NCBI GenBank assembly: GCA_030390025.1
Contig: JASTWF010000180.1
Location: 682,001 to 746,000 of the forward strand
Length of the DNA: 64,000 bases
Direction of reading: 5' to 3'
Origin: Squalus acanthias
Taxonomy: Eukaryota
This document shows positions 59,413 through 64,000 of this stretch, piece after piece. The notes under the pieces are model-generated. The model ran no database searches. It saw only the letters and a list, made by a program, of their open reading frames with translations, and was not told where the DNA came from. The stretch's first letter is position 1. Each line of letters opens with the position of its first letter. Made by a program: the position numbers and the translations under genes.

Positions 59413-59472
59413 TGAATCGTGCTGATAATAAGCTGATCTTTGGATCTGGGACCAGGCTCATTGTTATCCCAA
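59413..59472 (+). CDS. TRAJ: TCR alpha J segment J82 (C)
   Basis: RSS 59385-59412; NRADNKLIFGSGTRLIVIP; GTAAGT. Confidence 0.9.
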
Positions 59473-59993
59473 GTAAGTGAGATGTTTAAGGATGTCTGTT
59501 TTATGTGTTAGAGCATAAAAGAGAAGCAGGTCAACAAATTAATTGAGATATGGATCAAATGAAAAAAGGGTCAGAAATCATAACTTTGCTCTGTTGCTGA
59601 CAGCCCATCCTTGAGTTAGAAAGTTGTGAGATGGATCCTCATTCTATATCGAAACCATATAATGCAAGTTGATAGTCCAGCGCAGTACTGAGGGAGGGTT
59701 CCATTTTCAGAACTACTTGGGAAGCATTCGGGGAGTTCTGGTGAACTAATATATAAATGGTAGCCTTAGAGTATTAATGAAAAAAGTAAGTTCTACTTGA
59801 GTGATGAAAAGAATATTTTTAAAAATCAATTATACCTAATAAATAACAATAGGCATTTGAAAACGGTTTCTACAGATAGTATCACAATTGTGGCATTGGG
59901 TGATCCCAAGTATTCCAATATATCCGCCAGACAGAGCAGCAATGCACTAAAGTTAGTCTGAAGGGAGTTTTTGCTAAAGGACGCAATGCTGTG

Positions 59994-60056
59994 TGAATGC
60001 TGGAGTTGCCACCAAGCTTATCTTTGGAAAAGGGACAAAATTAACTGTGGAGCCAA
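59994..60056 (+). CDS. TRAJ: TCR alpha J segment J83 (A)
   Basis: RSS 59966-59993; NAGVATKLIFGKGTKLTVEP; GTAGGT. Confidence 0.9.
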
Positions 60057-60361
60057 GTAGGTATTCATTAATAACTAAAGACTGTCTGTTTACTTACATA
60101 TGTGTGTGTGTTCTCTGCACTGCCTGCAATGTATCAAATCATTTCTCTACATGTTCAAGATAATCCTGAATCTTGGAATATTTATGCCGCTTATTATAGG
60201 AGTATGTATTTCATAATTCAGTTATTCTGCTTGATGGTTCAGATCAGTGCAGTTAATTGTCTACCATTATGCATCTTCTTAACCTAAAATGATGATCTAA
60301 ATTGAACATGATAACCTCCATCCATTTTCCTTTGGAAAACGCCAAATAATGTTGTGTATTA

Positions 60362-60545
60362 AACAACAACAACATCTTGTATTATCAAACAAAATTTCAC
60401 ACCGAGCCACATAAAGAAATATTTGAATGGCTGATCTAAAACTTGCTCCAGCACGAAGATCTTCAGGAGATTCTTAAAGGAGGAGAGAGAAATGAAGAGA
60501 TGGAGAGGTTTAGGGAGAGAATGACAGACCTTGGTGCCTAGGTCG
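60362..60545 (-). mobile_element. Decayed L2-like 3' end co-amplified in the A-only units (also ~61395, 62378, 63385)
   Basis: (CAA)n-CTTGTATT..ACACCGAGCCACATAA..GGAGAGGTTTAGGGAG, homologous to 14316-14937. Confidence 0.7.
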
Positions 60546-61003
60546 GTGGACCAACCGACTGAAGTTTGAAGAGAAAAGTGTCAGAAACAATAACTTTGCT
60601 CAATTGCTGGCCGCCCATTCTGTGCGTTGGAAAGTTGTGAGATGGATCCCCACTCTAGAGATGAAACATATAATCCAAGATGATAATCCAGGGAAGTACT
60701 GAGGGAGGGTTCCACTTTCAGAGGTTCTTGGAACTCTATGGAGAATTCTGATGAACTGATATATAAATGGTAGCCCAACATTTTTAATGAAAGAAAGAAA
60801 TATGTCGTGGCTAGGCTACAAACACGATACAAAATAGTCATGTGTGCACAATAATTCTCAATAGTCATTTAAAATGGTTTCTACAGATAGTTCCATAATA
60901 ATGGGATTGAGTGATCCCAAGTATTAAATATAACCGCCAGACAGAGCAGCAATGCACTAAAGTTAGTCTGAAGGGAGTTTTTGTTAAAGGCTGCAATGCT
61001 GTG

Positions 61004-61066
61004 TGAACTATGGAGGTAACGATAAGCTTACCTTTGGAAAAGGGACAAAGTTAACTGTGGAGCCAA
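61004..61066 (+). CDS. TRAJ: TCR alpha J segment J84 (A)
   Basis: RSS 60976-61003; NYGGNDKLTFGKGTKLTVEP; GTAGGT. Confidence 0.9.
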
Positions 61067-62032
61067 GTAGGTATTCATTAATAACTGTAGACTGTCTATT
61101 TACTTATATACATGTGTGTGTGTGTGTGTGTGTGTTCTCTGCACTGCCTGCAATGTACGAAATAATTCGAAATAATTACTCTATATGTTACTTAACTGCT
61201 GAATATTGGAACATTTATGTCGCTTCTTATTGGAGTATGCATATGAAAATTCAGTTATTTTGTGATGGTTATGGGAAGTGCAGTTAATTGTCTGCCATTG
61301 TGCCACTTATTAACCGAAAATGATTATTTGAATTGAACATGATAACCTGCATCCATTTTCCTTTGGAAAAATGCCAAGTAATGTTGTGTATTAAACAACA
61401 ACAACAACTTGTATTATCAAACAAAATTTCACACCGAGCCACATAAAGAAATATTAGAATGGCTGATCGAAAGCTTGGCTCCAGCGCGTAGGTTTTCAGG
61501 AGATTATTAAACGAGGAGAGAGAAATAAAGAGGTGGAGAGGTTTAGGGAGAGAATGCCTGTCCTTGGAGCCTCGGTAGCTGAACCAACCGACTGATGTTT
61601 GGAGAGAAAAGTGTCAGAAATTATAACTTTGCTCAATTGCTGGCAGCTCAACATTTGCGTTGGAAAGTTGTGAGATGTATCCACACTCTAGAGAAATATA
61701 TAATCCAAGATGATAATCCAGGGAAGTACTGAGAGACTGGAGCATTATCAGAGGTTCTTGGCAATCTTTCAGAGAGTTCTGATGAACTGATATATAAATG
61801 GTAGCCCTACATTTTTAATGAACAATTAATAAGTTATTCTTGGGCTATACACAGGCTTAAAAAAGTCATGTTTGCCCAATAATTCGCAATGGTCATTTAA
61901 AGCGATTTGTACAGATAGTTCCAAAATAATGCAATTCAGTGATACCAAGTATTCAAATATAACCGCCAGACAGAGCAGCAATGTACTAAAGTTAGTCTGA
62001 AGGGAGTTTTTGTTAAAGGGGGCAATGCTGTG

Positions 62033-62092
62033 TGAACTATGGAGCTAACAAGCCTATCTTTGGAAAAGGGACAAAGTTAACTGTGCAGCCAA
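62033..62092 (+). CDS. TRAJ: TCR alpha J segment J85 (A)
   Basis: RSS 62005-62032; NYGANKPIFGKGTKLTVQP; GTAGGT. Confidence 0.88.
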
Positions 62093-63001
62093 GTAGGTAT
62101 TCATTAATAACTACAGACTGTCTATTTACTGACATATATGTGTGTGTTCTCTGCACTGCCTACAATGTATCAAATCATTTCTCTATATGTTCAATTAATC
62201 CTGAATATTGGAACATTTAAGCCGCTTCTTATTGGAGTATGGATATGATAATTCAAGGATTAAGAGTGATGATTCTGATCAGTGCAGTTAATTGTCTACC
62301 ATTATGCACCTTATTAACCTAAAATGATGATCTGAATTTAACACGATTACCTGGATCCAAATAAAGTGCTGTATTAACCAACAACAACAACTTGTATTAT
62401 CAAACAAAATTTCACACCGAGCCACAAAAGAAATATTAGAATGGCTGATCCAGAGCTTACTCCAGCACGTAGGTTTTATGGAGAATATTAAAAGAGGAGA
62501 GAGAAATAAAGAGGTGGAGAGGTTTAGGGAGAGAATGACAGCCCTTGGTGCCTAGGTCGGTGGACCAACCGACTGAAGTTGGGAGAGAAAAGTGTCAGAA
62601 ATCATAACTTGGCTCAATTGCTGGCCGCCCATCCTGTGTGTTGGAAAGTTGTGAGATGGATCCCCACTCTAGAGATGAAACATATAATCCAAGATGATAA
62701 TCCAGGGAAGTACTGAGGGAGGGTTCCACTTTCAGAGATAATTGATAATCTATTGGAGGTTTCTGATGAAATTATATATAAATGGTAGCCCAACATTTTT
62801 AATGAAAAAAAAGAAATATGTCGTGGCTAGGCTACAAACAGGATACAAAATAGTCATGTGTGCATAATAATTATCAATCGTCATTTAAAATGCTTCCATA
62901 ATAATGGGATTCGGTGATCCCAAGTATTCAAATATAACCGCCAGACAGAATGTACTAAAGTTAGTCTGAAGGGAGTTTTTGTTAAAGGCCGCAATGCTGT
63001 G

Positions 63002-63064
63002 TGAACTATGGAGGTACCGAAAAGCTTACCTTTGGAAAAGGGACAAAGTTAACTGTGGAGCCAA
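63002..63064 (+). CDS. TRAJ: TCR alpha J segment J86 (A)
   Basis: RSS 62974-63001; NYGGTEKLTFGKGTKLTVEP; GTAGGT. Confidence 0.9.
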
Positions 63065-63993
63065 GTAGGTATTCATTAATAACTGTAGACTGTCTATTTA
63101 CTTATATATATGTGTGTGTGTGTGTTCTCTGCACTGCCTGCAATGTACGAAATAATTCGAAATAATTACTTTATATGTTACTTAACTCCTGAATATTGGA
63201 ACATTTATGTCGCTTCTTATTGGAGTAAGCATATGAAAATTCAGTTATTTTGTGATGGTTATGGGAAGTGCAGTTAATTGTCTGCCATTGTGCCACTTAT
63301 TAACCGAAAATGATTATTTGAATTGAACATGATAACCTGCATCCATTTTCCTTTGCGAAAATGCCAAGTAATGTTGTGTATTAAACAACAACAACATCTT
63401 GTATTATCAAACAAAATTTCACACCGAGCCACATAAAGAAATATTAGAATGGCTGATCGAAAGCTTGCTCCAGCACGTAGGTTTTAAGGAGATTATTAAA
63501 GAAGGAGAGATAAATAAAGAGGTGGAGAGGTTTAGGGAGAGAATGCCTGTCCTTGGAGCCTCGGTAGCTGAACCAACCGACTGATGTTTGGAGAGAAAAG
63601 TGTCAGAAATCATAACTTTGCTCAATTGCTGGCAGCTCAACATTTGCGTTGGAAAGTTGTGAGATGTATCCACACTCTAGAGAAATATATAATCCAAGAT
63701 GATAGTGCAGGGAAGTACTGAGAGACTGGAGCATTATCAGAGGTACTTGGCAAGCTTTCAGAGAGTTCTGATGAACTGATATATAAATGGTAGCCCAACA
63801 TTTTTAATGAACAATTAATAAGTTACTCTTGGTCTATAAACAGGCTTAAAAAAGTCATGTGTGCCCAATAATTCGCAATGTTCATTTAAAGCGATTTGTA
63901 CAGATAGTTCCAAAATAATGCATTTCAGTGATACCAAGTATTCAAATATAACCGCCAGACAGAGCAGCAATGTACTAAAGTTAGTCTGAAGGG

Positions 63994-64000
63994 AGTTTTT
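63994..64000 (+). promoter_or_regulatory. Start of the RSS nonamer of a further family-A J segment (cut by window end)
   Basis: Standard A upstream flank ending GTCTGAAGGGAGTTTTT. Confidence 0.8.

Larger units (their letters stand above)
263..64000 (+). other. TRA: T-cell receptor alpha J-segment cluster (86 J segments plus one truncated RSS; continues beyond the window)
   Basis: Dozens of 57-69 bp segments, each with a 12-spacer RSS on the 5' side, FGxGT motif, most starting TGAAT, and a phase-1 GT donor. No interspersed V/C seen. A J-only array of this size is the TRA organisation. Confidence 0.92.
26600..64000 (+). repeat. Tandem segmental-duplication array of J cassettes (A, A-B-C, A-A-B-C units)
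   Basis: Recurrent near-identical flanks such as AGAGCAGCAATGTACTAAAGTTAGTCTGAAGGGAGTTTTTG and AATGTCTGGCTGGGGAAGGTTTTAGTA every 0.5-2.5 kb. Confidence 0.95.

Noticed and set aside
32607-62220. Repeated 60-95 aa ORFs 'MN..KLIFGKGTKLTVEPSRYSLITIDCLF..' as a small-protein family
   Set aside because: The starts are the GTG of the heptamer region and the tails are intron read-through past the GT donor.
27182-64000. Conserved-repeat / variable-spacer pattern resembling a CRISPR array or a diversity-generating cassette system
   Set aside because: The units are 0.5-2.5 kb eukaryotic duplications, the variable parts are RSS-flanked J codons, and there are no cas genes or intact RT.
263-64000. Assignment to IgH, IgL, TRB, TRG or TRD
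   Set aside because: No WGxG segments or 22/23-bp J spacers (IgH), and no interspersed V/D/C as in cluster-type Ig loci. The J number and TGAAT-type starts fit TRA. Final proof needs the constant exon outside the window.

Overview
Eukaryotic genomic DNA from a jawed vertebrate. The CR1/L2 LINE, SINE and Penelope-like repeat content suggests a cartilaginous fish, but that is inference only. The whole window lies inside a T-cell receptor alpha joining-segment (TRAJ) cluster. I count 86 J segments on the + strand, each with nonamer / 12-bp spacer / heptamer RSS, an FGxG-type FR4 and a phase-1 GT donor, plus an 87th RSS cut by the window end. I saw no V, D or C exon. J numbers are my own 5'->3' labels. 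About 1-21.5 kb holds 23 old, divergent J segments separated by retroelement debris. About 21.8-64 kb is a younger tandem array of a few J families: A = FGKG..LTVEP, B = FGSG..LMVQP, C = FGxGTRL(N/Q)VIP, D = FGAG..LRVQP. The array has higher-order periods of ~4.5, ~2.5 and ~1/2 kb. The most notable signal is 10 chimeric J segments in which a ~116-bp family-A cassette (upstream flank + RSS + CDR3 end) replaces the inactivated family-B RSS and 5' end. Also notable are hypervariable CDR3-coding windows inside near-identical repeat units, a 118-bp perfect palindrome insertion with TSD and an empty paralogous site, and a hammerhead-like insertion at a J splice donor. The supplied ORFs are J read-throughs into introns, LINE fragments or noise, not stand-alone genes. 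Repeat boundaries are approximate (read by eye).
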